Part shown: positions 30,405 through 39,805 of the stretch, in pieces
Numbering within the stretch: position 1 is the first letter of the stretch
How the letters are laid out: each line of letters begins with the position of its first letter
From: Vulcanimicrobiota bacterium
GTDB lineage: Bacteria; Vulcanimicrobiota; Vulcanimicrobiia; Vulcanimicrobiales; Vulcanimicrobiaceae
Direction of reading: 5' to 3'
DNA: 64,000 nt
Assembly (NCBI GenBank): GCA_963812155.1
Contig: CAWETW010000003.1
Span: 1,216,001-1,280,000, forward strand
Made by a program: the position numbers and the translations under genes
The notes under the pieces: model-generated
What the model saw: only the letters and a program-made list of their open reading frames with translations
The model's database searches: none
What the model was told of the DNA's origin: nothing

Positions 30405-31651
30405 GTTTCGTCGCCGATCCAACGCACGAACTCGGCGATGCGCGGCCGCCCCCCGTGATATCCACGCAGCGGCGGCGATTGCAGCGCGCCGAACGCGGCG
30501 ATGCGCAACGCACCCAACGCGCGTGCGGTCGCCGCGGCGCCATCCTGGAGACCGGCGGCGGCGAGCGCTTCGATCGGAATGCGATGCCGCGCGACGTAGT
30601 GCGCAGCATCGGCGGGTGCGTCCACGCTGAAAACCGCGAGTGCCCGTGGCAGAAACGGCGGCGAATCGTCGCGCGGCTGGTCGAGCACGATGAGATGCGC
30701 CGCGTCCGGTCGGGAAAAGACCGCTCCGCACGCACCGCTTGCGCGGAACGCCGCGGCATCGCGCGCGGCGGCTACCGGCGCCAAGCGCCCTGCATCGAAT
30801 GCGCCCGGCGGAAACTCCACGCTCGCGTGCTCGGTTGCATGTGCGAGCATCCTGCAGAACTCTTCCGGCGACACGCCGCCGCCTCGTTCGACGAAGAGCA
30901 CGCGCAGCGAAAGGCAGCCTTCGGTGTCGTAGAGCACGAGGTCGCGCGCGGCGCCTTCGGCGATGCGCGCGGCGTTCGCGGCAGTGTCGAGTGCGTCGCG
31001 TCCGACGTAGCCGCAGCTCGCCTTCGAACCGTAGCCGATCCAGCGCGCCGCAGCAGCCAGATCCGCGCGAATACGCTGCAGCGTTGCGTCGTCGCCGAAC
31101 GCTACGACCGCGGCGAACTCGTCGAGACGGCGGCGGTCGCGTTCTCCGTCCCACGTCAACGTCGCGGCCGCCGTTGCAAACTCCTCGAGTTCCTCGGTCA
31201 GCGTTTTGAAGAATGCTGCAACCAGCGCGTCGTCGCGGTCCTTGACGAGCACGTCGCATTTCGCGCACAGTGCGAAGATCGCCGGGACGATGGCGACGCC
31301 GACTGTCGTGCGGCTCGACAGGATGCAGACGCGCCCGACCGGCAGCGCGCGCGAACGCAGTCGTCCGGGCGCGTCGACGAAACCGTCGAGCGCCTCGAGC
31401 GATCCCAATTCGTTTCGAATGACGTCTTCGATTGCATCGCGCGTCACTGCGGAAAAGAGACGATCGAGGGCATACTCGACGACGGGCGTGGAATAGCCGG
31501 TGCGCTCGCACGCTGCGGCGATGACGCGAACGCGCGGCGGGAAGTCGGCGTCGATCCAGCGTTCGGCGGCGTCGCCGATGGCGCGGACGATCGAACGAAC
31601 CGGGCGCTCGATGAGTGAGCCTGCGAAGAAATCCATGTAGCGGTCGTGCAT
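30401..31651 (-). CDS. LuxC-like acyl-CoA/acyl-protein reductase
   Basis: ALDH-like fold: VVAFGDDATL, IGYGSKAS, ARDLVLYDTEGCLS (catalytic Cys region), HGGRPRIAEFVRW. Confidence 0.82.
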   Translation of the reverse strand: MHDRYMDFFAGSLIERPVRSIVRAIGDAAERWIDADFPPRVRVIAAACERTGYSTPVVEYALDRLFSAVTRDAIEDVIRNELGSLEALDGFVDAPGRLRSRALPVGRVCILSSRTTVGVAIVPAIFALCAKCDVLVKDRDDALVAAFFKTLTEELEEFATAAATLTWDGERDRRRLDEFAAVVAFGDDATLQRIRADLAAAARWIGYGSKASCGYVGRDALDTAANAARIAEGAARDLVLYDTEGCLSLRVLFVERGGGVSPEEFCRMLAHATEHASVEFPPGAFDAGRLAPVAAARDAAAFRASGACGAVFSRPDAAHLIVLDQPRDDSPPFLPRALAVFSVDAPADAAHYVARHRIPIEALAAAGLQDGAAATARALGALRIAAFGALQSPPLRGYHGGRPRIAEFVRWIGDET

Positions 31652-31712
31652 CTTCGAGCGGGAAGCGCGAAACTCCCGAGGTCCTCGAGCCGCGAGCGGC
31701 TAAAGGCGCGGC

Positions 31713-32936
31713 ATGCCCTGGTTGCCTCGCGCATTTTTTCTGCTCGTCGCGACGGTCGCGATCGCCGGCGCCGGCTGCACGAGATACGGCAAGCCGACGC
31801 CGGTGCCACCGACGATTCCACCCCTCACGGTGCTTATCGTTAATCCCGTCAGCGGGAGCGACACGACCGGTAACGGCACGAGCGAGAAGCCATACAAGAC
31901 GCTGACGAAAGCGCTCGCCGTCGTGAAAAACTCGACGACGCCGGGACTGACGATTCAACTCGCCGCGGGACAGTACTCGGCGGCGAGCGGGGAAACGTTC
32001 CCGATCGTCGTTCCGACGGGCGTCACCATCGACGGCAGCGGTTACACGGGGCAGACCGGCTTCCCGAAAGGGACGTTCATCAACGGCATCGGCGAGGATA
32101 CGGCTCTCGAGAAGCTCGCCGGCTTTGCCCCGCAATCCGCCTACACGACGCTCGAGATCGGCGCCGGCGTAACGTCGGTTTCGCTCAACAATATCTACGC
32201 GGGCGTCACGCGGTTTGGAACGCTCAACCCGAGGGCCGCCTATAGCACGCTCGACGCGCTCGGTTCGTTAAGCATTGGGCATGCGTCGCTCGGGGCCGGG
32301 ACGTTGTTCAGGGGCCATCCTAATGGAACCGGAATCGCCGTGCCGAGCGGCGATCTTACGTGCATCGGCTGCGCGATTGCGGGTGGCGCTGCGGCGCTAG
32401 TCGCGTACACGCTGCCTAACGGCGCATCGCCGCCGCTCATCGTCTTGAGCGGGCAGCCGACGCAGGGCATCATCGGCGGCGCTATCGGCATCCTGAGCGA
32501 TGGATACGCCGGTATCACCGCGTCGTATCAAACGTTTCAGTCGAAACAGTACGCTTTTTCGGACAAGTTTGCGCCGCTCGTTCCTTCGAGTGGATCGTTC
32601 GCTTTGAGCACGCCGGATTTCGGCAACGCGCCGAATACCGCTTCGCCCGGCGGCAACTCGTTCATCGGCGTTGGAACCTCGGGCCTCCTCGTCACGTTGC
32701 CGCTCGATCAAGTCTACGCCGAAGGCGATTACTGGACGCCCAACCAGCAAGGCGCCAACGTGCACGGCCAGTATCCTAGGAAGCGCCTTTTTAGCGCCGG
32801 AGCGAGCGGCAAGAACGTCACCATCGCGGGCAACGCCTCGGGTGCGGCGGTCCTGGTCGGCCCCATTCCACCGCCGACGCCGACGCCTCCGCCGTCCGGG
32901 GAGCCGAGCACGAGCCCTTCGGCGAGCCCGACGTAG
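31713..32936 (+). CDS. DUF1565-domain lipoprotein (beta-helix-like) with Pro/Ser/Thr tail
   Basis: Lipobox GAGC; VNPVSGSDTTGNGTSEKPYKTLTKAL, IQLAAGQYS..GETFPI. Confidence 0.8.
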   Translation: MPWLPRAFFLLVATVAIAGAGCTRYGKPTPVPPTIPPLTVLIVNPVSGSDTTGNGTSEKPYKTLTKALAVVKNSTTPGLTIQLAAGQYSAASGETFPIVVPTGVTIDGSGYTGQTGFPKGTFINGIGEDTALEKLAGFAPQSAYTTLEIGAGVTSVSLNNIYAGVTRFGTLNPRAAYSTLDALGSLSIGHASLGAGTLFRGHPNGTGIAVPSGDLTCIGCAIAGGAAALVAYTLPNGASPPLIVLSGQPTQGIIGGAIGILSDGYAGITASYQTFQSKQYAFSDKFAPLVPSSGSFALSTPDFGNAPNTASPGGNSFIGVGTSGLLVTLPLDQVYAEGDYWTPNQQGANVHGQYPRKRLFSAGASGKNVTIAGNASGAAVLVGPIPPPTPTPPPSGEPSTSPSASPT

Positions 32937-32941
32937 ACGCG

Positions 32942-34057
32942 CTAGGCGACTGGGTGCAGGGTTTCGGCGTCGAGCGAGCAGCCGCGTAACGCCGCCCCGC
33001 TCTCGCGCCCGATCAGCACGACCGCATCGCCGAAACGCGCGCCGAGATCTTCGGTAGCGACGGCGACGCACGACGCGCGGTTCGCAAGATCCACGTGCAC
33101 GAGCGCGCCGACCGTACCCTCGGGCAGCGTCGTACCGTCGGGACCGACGACTCGCGCTCGAAGCCACGGCGGTGCATACTTCTTGCGCGCATCGGCCACG
33201 GCGTGTTCCCCGCGCGCCAAGAGGCCGTCGTAATACTGCGAGCTCAGTTCGGTCATTCCGTATTCGGCGACGATCGCGTCGAGCGGAACGGCGAACGCAC
33301 GGCGGGCGCGCGCGTAGAGGCCGGAGCGTTCGACGATACGCGCGCGGCCTTTGAAGCCCCCCGTTTCCATGATGCGCGACCCCGGTGAAAGCTCGAAATG
33401 TAAAGAACGTTCCTCGAGTGCGTCGAGAGCGCCGGCGAGCGCAAACGCGGTCGTCGCGATGCACACCGGCGCATCATCCGACGCAGCGCGGCGCAAGGCC
33501 TCAAAAAATTCGCCGAGCGCGAGGGCGTCGCCGCGGACGTACCAGCCAGTTTGGCCGTCGCCGCGCCGTTCGCAGACCCGGCCCATCATGTAAGCGAGTG
33601 ACGAACGGGGACGCTCCGACGGAGCCGGAACGAGGTTGAGATAGCGCAGCGGCTTGCCGTCGGGCAGCATGAAGCGGTCGAATCCGGCAAGGAGCGCGGC
33701 ATCGTAGAGATCCGGTGTTTCGAAGTAATGGCGCCCTGGTCTGCCGCCGGTCGTGCCGCTGGTTTCGAAGACCAGCGCGGCGCGCGCCGGATCGAACGTC
33801 GCGAGGACGGCGTCTTTGAAGGCCGCCGCCGGCGCCGGCGGAATCTCGTCCGGCGATTGCGGCGGCAGCGACGTCGAAATGCCGCGGGCCGCGCAGTAGC
33901 GCGCATAGGGTGCGTTGTAACGCATTTGATAGTCGAACACGTCGAGTGCGAGCGCGTCGAATCCGGCGTCGTCGAGCGCGTCGCCCGTGCGGTGCCAGCG
34001 ATCGATTGCAGCGAAAATGCGGGCGTCGAGCGCGTCGGATTCGTCGCGATAGGTCAC
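32942..34057 (-). CDS. LuxE-like acyl-protein synthetase
   Basis: FETSGTTG adenylation motif, SSLAYM, METGGFKG, EYGMTELSSQYY, VDLAN, TEDLG, LRGCS terminal Cys. Confidence 0.88.
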   Translation of the reverse strand: MTYRDESDALDARIFAAIDRWHRTGDALDDAGFDALALDVFDYQMRYNAPYARYCAARGISTSLPPQSPDEIPPAPAAAFKDAVLATFDPARAALVFETSGTTGGRPGRHYFETPDLYDAALLAGFDRFMLPDGKPLRYLNLVPAPSERPRSSLAYMMGRVCERRGDGQTGWYVRGDALALGEFFEALRRAASDDAPVCIATTAFALAGALDALEERSLHFELSPGSRIMETGGFKGRARIVERSGLYARARRAFAVPLDAIVAEYGMTELSSQYYDGLLARGEHAVADARKKYAPPWLRARVVGPDGTTLPEGTVGALVHVDLANRASCVAVATEDLGARFGDAVVLIGRESGAALRGCSLDAETLHPVA

Positions 34058-34533
34058 GGGGTGCGGCGGCGCGACGTGATGACGCCGCTGTTGAGGCCGC
34101 TGGTCGCGAGGCCGCCGTCGAAGCGGGCGTGCTCGACCTTCACGCAGCGGTCCACGACCACCGTCAAGCCCGCGGCATCGGCCTTCGCAATGGCGTCCTC
34201 GTTGACGACGCCGTACTGAAACCAGATCGCTCGCGCGCCGGCGGCAATCGCGTCCTCGACGACCGCGACGGCGTCGGACGGCTTGCGAAAGACGTCGACG
34301 AGATCCGGCGCGCCGCGATCGGCGGCGTAGGCGGCGAGCGACGGATACGCGCGCACGCCGTCGATCGCGTCGACCGACGGATTGATCGGGGTCGCGTCGT
34401 ACGGCGTCTGCGTGCGCAGATACGAAAAGACCGTGTAACTGGGCCGCAGTGCGTTGGGCGACGCACCGACGACGGCAATGGTTCGCACGGTGCGCAGTAA
34501 CGCTTGCCGCTGCGACGGCGTGCGCGCGATCAC
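34054..34533 (-). CDS. CoA-binding protein (YccU-like)
   Basis: TIAVVGAS, AYPSL, DLVDVFR, IWFQYGV, VVDRC; overlaps metY stop and luxE-like start. Confidence 0.9.
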   Translation of the reverse strand: MIARTPSQRQALLRTVRTIAVVGASPNALRPSYTVFSYLRTQTPYDATPINPSVDAIDGVRAYPSLAAYAADRGAPDLVDVFRKPSDAVAVVEDAIAAGARAIWFQYGVVNEDAIAKADAAGLTVVVDRCVKVEHARFDGGLATSGLNSGVITSRRRTP

Positions 34534-35786
34534 GCCGGAGCGGTCGCCGGAATCGCCGCAGCCGAGAGAGCGCGGTCGACGTCCCAGATCAGATCCTCCA
34601 CGTTTTCGAGACCGACCGAAAGCCGCACGAGTTCGGGTGGGACGCCGGCTTTTTCGAGCTCGCCGTCGGAAAGCTGCGAGTGCGTCGTCGACGCAGGATG
34701 GATGACCAGGCTTTTGGCATCGCCGACGTTGGCGAGATGACTCCACAGTTCGAGCGCGTCGATGAAGCGGCGTCCGGCATCGCGGCCGCCGCGCAGACCG
34801 AACGTGAAGATCGAGCCCATGCGCGGCTCGCGCACCCACGCGACCTCGTCGCGCGTTTTCAAATGGGCGGAAATCGCGCGCGCGTTGGCGACGTGCTTCT
34901 CCATGCGAAGTGGGAGCGTCTCGAGACCGAGCAGCATGAGCCAGGCATCCATCGGCGCCATCTGCGCGCCGACGTCGCGCAGCACCTCGGCGCGCGCCCG
35001 CATGAGAAAGGCGTACTCGCCGAACGTCTCGCTAAACATCTTGCCGTGGTAACCCGGACTCGGCTCGGTGAGCAGCGGATAACGCCCGTTGTGCCAGGGA
35101 AACGTTCCCGATTCGATCAGCACGCCGCCGATGGTCGTCCCGTGACCGCTGATGAACTTGGTTGCGGAATGGAGCACGAGGTCGGCGCCGTGTTCGATCG
35201 GCCGAAATAGATACGGCGACGCAAACGTGTTGTCGACGGCCAGCGCCACGCCGGCTTCGTGCGCGACGCGAGCGAGGCCGGCAACGTCGGCGATTTCGCC
35301 GGAGGGATTAGCAACCGTCTCGACCAGCACCATACGTGTATTTGGCCGAATCGCCGCGCGCACCGCGTCGAGGTCGCTCGCCGGCACGAACGCCGTCTCG
35401 ATGCCCATGCGTTTGACGGTGACGGCGAGTTGGGTCGTCGTGCCGCCGTAGACGTGCTGCGAACAGACGAGATGGTCGCCGTTCTGGGCGAGCGAGAGCA
35501 CCGCGCACAGTTGTGCCGCTAACCCGCTGGAGAAAGCGATTGCGCCCAAGCCTCCTTCGAGGCTGGCCATCCGTTCCTCGAACGCCGCAACCGTCGGATT
35601 GCTGATGCGGCTGTAAATGTGGCCGTAGCCGCGCAGAGCAAAGAGTTCCGCCGCCTGCTCGGTCGAGCCGAAAACGTACGCCGCGGTTTGATAGATCGGC
35701 GCGACGCGCGCGCCGGTCGCGGGATCCGGCGGTGCGCCCGCGTGAATCGCGCGGGTCGAGAAGCCGAATTGCCGATCCTGCTGCAT
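34530..35786 (-). CDS. metY: O-acetylhomoserine aminocarboxypropyltransferase/cysteine synthase
   Basis: PIYQTAAYVF, YSRISNPT, VDNTFASP, HSATKFISGHG, HLANVGDAKSLVIHPASTTH. Confidence 0.92.
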   Translation of the reverse strand: MQQDRQFGFSTRAIHAGAPPDPATGARVAPIYQTAAYVFGSTEQAAELFALRGYGHIYSRISNPTVAAFEERMASLEGGLGAIAFSSGLAAQLCAVLSLAQNGDHLVCSQHVYGGTTTQLAVTVKRMGIETAFVPASDLDAVRAAIRPNTRMVLVETVANPSGEIADVAGLARVAHEAGVALAVDNTFASPYLFRPIEHGADLVLHSATKFISGHGTTIGGVLIESGTFPWHNGRYPLLTEPSPGYHGKMFSETFGEYAFLMRARAEVLRDVGAQMAPMDAWLMLLGLETLPLRMEKHVANARAISAHLKTRDEVAWVREPRMGSIFTFGLRGGRDAGRRFIDALELWSHLANVGDAKSLVIHPASTTHSQLSDGELEKAGVPPELVRLSVGLENVEDLIWDVDRALSAAAIPATAPA

Positions 35787-35820
35787 GACTCGCGTGGTTC
35801 GCCGGATAACCGTTCTCCTC

Positions 35821-37107
35821 ATGGGAATGACGCTTACCGAGAAAATCCTGGCTCGCCACGCCGGCGTGGATTGCGTGGAACCGGGGCAGATTATCAACGC
35901 CAAAGTCGACCTCGTCCTCGCCAACGAACTGTCGGCCGCGGTTGCCATCGGCGTCATGCGCCGCATCAAAGGCGCCGATCGCGTCTTCGACCCGGAGCGG
36001 ATTGCGCTGGTCGAAGACCACTTCGTTCCGGCGAAGGACGCGCAATCCGCGAAACTTGCGAAGCTGATGAAAGATTTCGCGGTCGAGCAAAAGATCACGC
36101 ACTTTTTCGACGTCGGTCGCGGTGGTATCGAGCACGTCGTCCTGCCCGAAGAGGGTCTCGTCGCGCCCGGAGAGTTGATCGTCGGGGGCGACTCACACAC
36201 GTGCACGTACGGCGCGTTCGGCGCATTTGCGACGGGCATGGGATCGACCGACATCGCCGCGGCGTTCGTCCTCGGCGAGGTATGGCTCAAGGTTCCCGCG
36301 TCCATCAAAATCGTCTACGAAGGCAAACTCGGGCCGATGGTGTTCGCCAAAGACGTCATGCTGAGAACGGTCGGCGAACTAGGAATCGACGGCGCGACCT
36401 ACCGCGCCATCGAGTACCATGGAAGCACCGTCGACGAACTGTCGATTACCGGCCGCATCACGATGGCCAACATGGCGATCGAGGCGGGTGCCAAGAACGG
36501 CATCTTTCACGCCGACGAAAAAACGCTGGCGTACGTGCGCGAACGGACGAACCGGCCCTTCCTCGTCGAGAAGGCGGACGCAGACGCATCCTACGAACGC
36601 GAACTGCGCATCGACGTGGGAACGCTCGAACCGCAAGTCGCGTGTCCGCATACACCCGACAACGTGCATCCGATCTCGGAAATTGCCGCCGGCGACGTGC
36701 CCGTCGATCAAGTCTTCATCGGCTCGTGCACCAACGGCTACATCGACGATCTCCGCGTGGTGGCGAAGATTCTCGAAGGCCGCCGGATTGCCGACAGTTT
36801 GCGCGTCATCGTCAATCCGGGCAGCCAGAAAGTCTGGATGCAGGCGGCGCAAGAAGGCATTCTTACGACGCTGGCGGCAGCCGGCTGCGCGGTCAACACT
36901 CCAGGCTGCGGCGCGTGCTTCGGCGGGCATATGGGCACGCTCGGCGACGGCGAACGCGCGATCTCGACGACCAACCGTAACTACGTCGGACGTATGGGAT
37001 CGCCCAAAGCCGAGGTCTTCCTTGCTTCACCGGCGACGTGCGCGGCGTCGGCGTTGACCGGAAAGATTACCGATCCGCGTACGGTCACGGCGCTGGTGGA
37101 AGCTTAG
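35821..37107 (+). CDS. leuC: 3-isopropylmalate dehydratase/homoaconitase large subunit
   Basis: MGMTLTEKIL, DSHTCTYGA, FIGSCTNG, PGCGACFG, STTNRN. Confidence 0.9.
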   Translation: MGMTLTEKILARHAGVDCVEPGQIINAKVDLVLANELSAAVAIGVMRRIKGADRVFDPERIALVEDHFVPAKDAQSAKLAKLMKDFAVEQKITHFFDVGRGGIEHVVLPEEGLVAPGELIVGGDSHTCTYGAFGAFATGMGSTDIAAAFVLGEVWLKVPASIKIVYEGKLGPMVFAKDVMLRTVGELGIDGATYRAIEYHGSTVDELSITGRITMANMAIEAGAKNGIFHADEKTLAYVRERTNRPFLVEKADADASYERELRIDVGTLEPQVACPHTPDNVHPISEIAAGDVPVDQVFIGSCTNGYIDDLRVVAKILEGRRIADSLRVIVNPGSQKVWMQAAQEGILTTLAAAGCAVNTPGCGACFGGHMGTLGDGERAISTTNRNYVGRMGSPKAEVFLASPATCAASALTGKITDPRTVTALVEA

Positions 37108-37120
37108 GAGGTTCCCGAAC

Positions 37121-37624
37121 ATGGAAGCGACGCTGCGCGGTCACGCGCATAAATACGGCAAAAACGTCGATACCGACGTCATCATTCCGGGCAAGTATTG
37201 CAACATCGTCGATCCGGTCGAGCTCGGAAAGCACGCGCTTGAAGGTCTCGATCCGGAGTTTACGACGCGCATGCACGCCGGCGACATCATCGTCGCCGAT
37301 CGCAACTTTGGTTGCGGCTCCAGCCGTGAGGTCGCGCCGATCGCGATCAAAGGGTCGGGGGCTTCGGCAGTTATTGCCAAGAGTTTTGCGCGAATCTTCT
37401 ACCGCAACGCGCTGAACATCGGATTGCCGATCTTCGAATCGGAGGAAGCCGTCGACGGCATCGAGAGCGGCGACGAGATCGAACTCGAACCGGCAACCGG
37501 CATCGTCCGCAACGTCACCAAGGGCACGCAGTATCGCGCCGCCGAGTTTCCACCGTTCATGCGTTCGCTCATCGACGCGGGCGGACTCGTTCCGTACGTG
37601 GAGTCGCGCCTCGCCGCCGGATGA
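37121..37624 (+). CDS. leuD: 3-isopropylmalate dehydratase/homoaconitase small subunit
   Basis: NVDTDVIIPG, NFGCGSSRE, SFARIFYRN. Confidence 0.9.
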   Translation: MEATLRGHAHKYGKNVDTDVIIPGKYCNIVDPVELGKHALEGLDPEFTTRMHAGDIIVADRNFGCGSSREVAPIAIKGSGASAVIAKSFARIFYRNALNIGLPIFESEEAVDGIESGDEIELEPATGIVRNVTKGTQYRAAEFPPFMRSLIDAGGLVPYVESRLAAG

Positions 37625-37715
37625 GGCGCTGCCGAGCATGAATGTTTGCTAAGAAGGAAGCGGCGAAGCGGCCGCACGGGAGGGAGTGCCGCCGGACCGC
37701 TCAAAGGCTGACTGC

Positions 37716-38375
37716 GTGAGCAGCAAAGCGATGTGGGTGACCTTGCCGGCGGCCGGCCTGATGTTCGGCACCTTGATTGCCGGCGGCGGATTCGCCGCAC
37801 CCGGCGTGGCGGCAACGCCTCCGCCGACGCCGCCTCCGCTCTCGACCCCGGCCACCGCGCCGCCGTCGGCCGCGCCGCAGCCGGGTTCGCTTTCGACGCC
37901 GATTCCGATGCCTTCGGGCTACGGGCTGCCCGGCGCGAGCGGGCCGGCCGCGATGCCGAGTGCCTCGCCGACGCCTCCTCCGGACGCGCGTAAAGGGCTC
38001 GAAGGCGTCTGGGAGATGGCGATTCAGCGCGGGTCGGCCACGAACTACGCGCACTTCGTCCTTCGCCAGGAGGGGACGTCGCTGACGGGCTCCTACCTCA
38101 ACGACGCGGGCAAGAAATTTCCGCTGGCCGGATCGGTTGACGGGCAGTCCGTCCGTCTGATCGTCACGATGCCCGACGGTACCTCGCTCCTGCTCGTCGG
38201 CCGCCTCGACGGAACGACCGATATGGTCGGCATGATGACGTCGGGTCAGGAAGAGGTCGGCTTCACCGCCGCCTACCGTCCGAAGGAGAAGTTCATCGAC
38301 AATCTCAACGCCGCGCCCGGCGGGCTGGGCGGCATGGGTTCGGGCGGCGGCGGTGGGGGCTACGGCCCACCCTAA
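37716..38375 (+). CDS. secreted Pro-rich hypothetical protein with beta-barrel-like C-terminal domain
   Basis: Signal peptide, ATPPPTPPP linker, LEGVWE..LTGSY..LAGSVDG; start uncertain (37686/37716). Confidence 0.7.
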   Translation: MSSKAMWVTLPAAGLMFGTLIAGGGFAAPGVAATPPPTPPPLSTPATAPPSAAPQPGSLSTPIPMPSGYGLPGASGPAAMPSASPTPPPDARKGLEGVWEMAIQRGSATNYAHFVLRQEGTSLTGSYLNDAGKKFPLAGSVDGQSVRLIVTMPDGTSLLLVGRLDGTTDMVGMMTSGQEEVGFTAAYRPKEKFIDNLNAAPGGLGGMGSGGGGGGYGPP

Positions 38376-38384
38376 CGCGCCCTT

Positions 38385-38420
38385 CGTCCTTCGACTGCGC
38401 TCGCTGCGCTCAGGATGACA
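38385..38420 (+). repeat. REP-like interspersed repeat, copy 2
   Basis: CGTCCTTCGACTGCGCTCGCTGCGCTCAGGATGACA. Confidence 0.75.
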
Positions 38421-38443
38421 GCGGAGGAGGGACTTGCGAGCCC

Positions 38444-38452
38444 TGCTATACT
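38444..38452 (+). promoter_or_regulatory. extended -10 promoter for rpmE operon (near-leaderless)
   Basis: TGCTATACT 9 nt upstream of the rpmE GTG; no SD. Confidence 0.6.
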
Positions 38453-38461
38453 CTATAAGCT

Positions 38462-38728
38462 GTGAAAGAGAAGATCCATCCCAAGTGGTATCCGGAGGCG
38501 CGCGTGCACTGCGCCTGCGGCAATACCTTTACGACAGGCTCGACCCTGGCCGAAATCGGCGTCGAGATCTGTGCGGCCTGCCATCCGCTGTTCACCGGAC
38601 AGCAGAAGCTGATCGACACCGCCGGACGCGTCGATAAGTTCAACCAGCGCGCCGCCGCCGCCAAGAAGAAGCAAGAAGAAGCCGCCGCCCGCGCCGCTCG
38701 TAAGAAAGCCGCGGCGCCGGTCTCCTGA
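38462..38728 (+). CDS. rpmE: 50S ribosomal protein L31 (zinc-binding type)
   Basis: [29 protein letters not shown]. Confidence 0.97.
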   Translation: MKEKIHPKWYPEARVHCACGNTFTTGSTLAEIGVEICAACHPLFTGQQKLIDTAGRVDKFNQRAAAAKKKQEEAAARAARKKAAAPVS

Positions 38729-38736
38729 ACGGGTCT

Positions 38737-39805
38737 TTGACCGCCCGGCTCGACTCGATGCTGCGGCGGTTCGACGAAATCGAAGCCGAACTCGCCCATC
38801 CTGCGGACGCCTTCGACCAAGCGCGTTACACCGCGTTGGTCAAGGAGCGCGCGCAGTTGGAGGCGCCGGTCGAAACGTTCCGCCGGCTGCGGAAGACCGA
38901 AACCGAGGTCGCGGCTAACGAGCGTCTTGCGCGCGAGAGCGACGGCGAGTTGCGCGAGCTGGCCGAAGACGAGGCGCGTACGCTTCGCGACCGCACCGCC
39001 GAACTCGAAGGCGAACTTCAACAGTTGATGCTTCCGAGCGATCCGGACGACGACCGCGACGTCTTCGTCGAGATTCGTGCGGGCGCCGGCGGCGACGAAG
39101 CCGGCATATTTGCCGGCGACCTGTCGCGCATGTACATGCGTTTTGCCGAGTCGCTCGGCATGCGCGTCGAGCTGGCATCCGAAAATCTCAACGATGCCGG
39201 CGGCTACCGGGAAATCGTCTTCAGCGTACGCGGAAAGGGCGCGTACCGCCGGCTCAAGCACGAATCCGGCGTCCATCGCGTCCAGCGCGTGCCGGAGACC
39301 GAAGCGCAAGGCCGCATTCATACGAGCACGGCGACGGTGGCCGTGCTTCCGCAGGTCGACGACGACGATGCGGAGATCGAAATCCGTCCGTCCGAGCTGC
39401 AGATCGACACGTTTAAGTCGTCGGGTGCCGGCGGCCAGCACGTGAACAAGACCGAGTCGGCGATTCGAATCACCCACGTGCCGTCGGGATTCATCGTTTC
39501 GTCGCAGCAAGAACGCTCGCAGCAGCAGAACCGCGAAAAAGCGATGCAGATGCTCCGCGCAATGCTCTACGACCGCAAGCGGCGCGAGCAGGAGGAGGCG
39601 GTTGGATCCATGCGCCGTTCGCAGGTCGGCACCGGCGACCGTTCCGAGAAAATTCGCACCTATAACTTCCCGCAAGACCGCGTCACGGACCACCGCATCA
39701 ACCGCAGTTTCGGCAACATTCGCGCGATCGTCGACGGCGACCTCAGCGCAATCGTCGACGATCTCTTCAGCCGACGAGCGAGCGCGGATGCTGGCCGGCG
39801 TATGA
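38737..39805 (+). CDS. prfA: peptide chain release factor 1 (+1 frameshift near 39767 makes it read into prmC)
   Basis: [40 protein letters not shown]; native-looking end [11 protein letters not shown] in shifted frame. Confidence 0.93.

Noticed and set aside
29106..32135. 1009-aa ORF suggesting a giant aminotransferase fusion
   Set aside because: Only the last 432 codons are aminotransferase; the upstream part is an Arg-rich off-frame read through luxC-like and antisense DUF1565 genes.
30401..34057. Bioluminescence (lux) operon
   Set aside because: No luxA/luxB luciferase or luxD in the window; only luxC-like and luxE-like genes.
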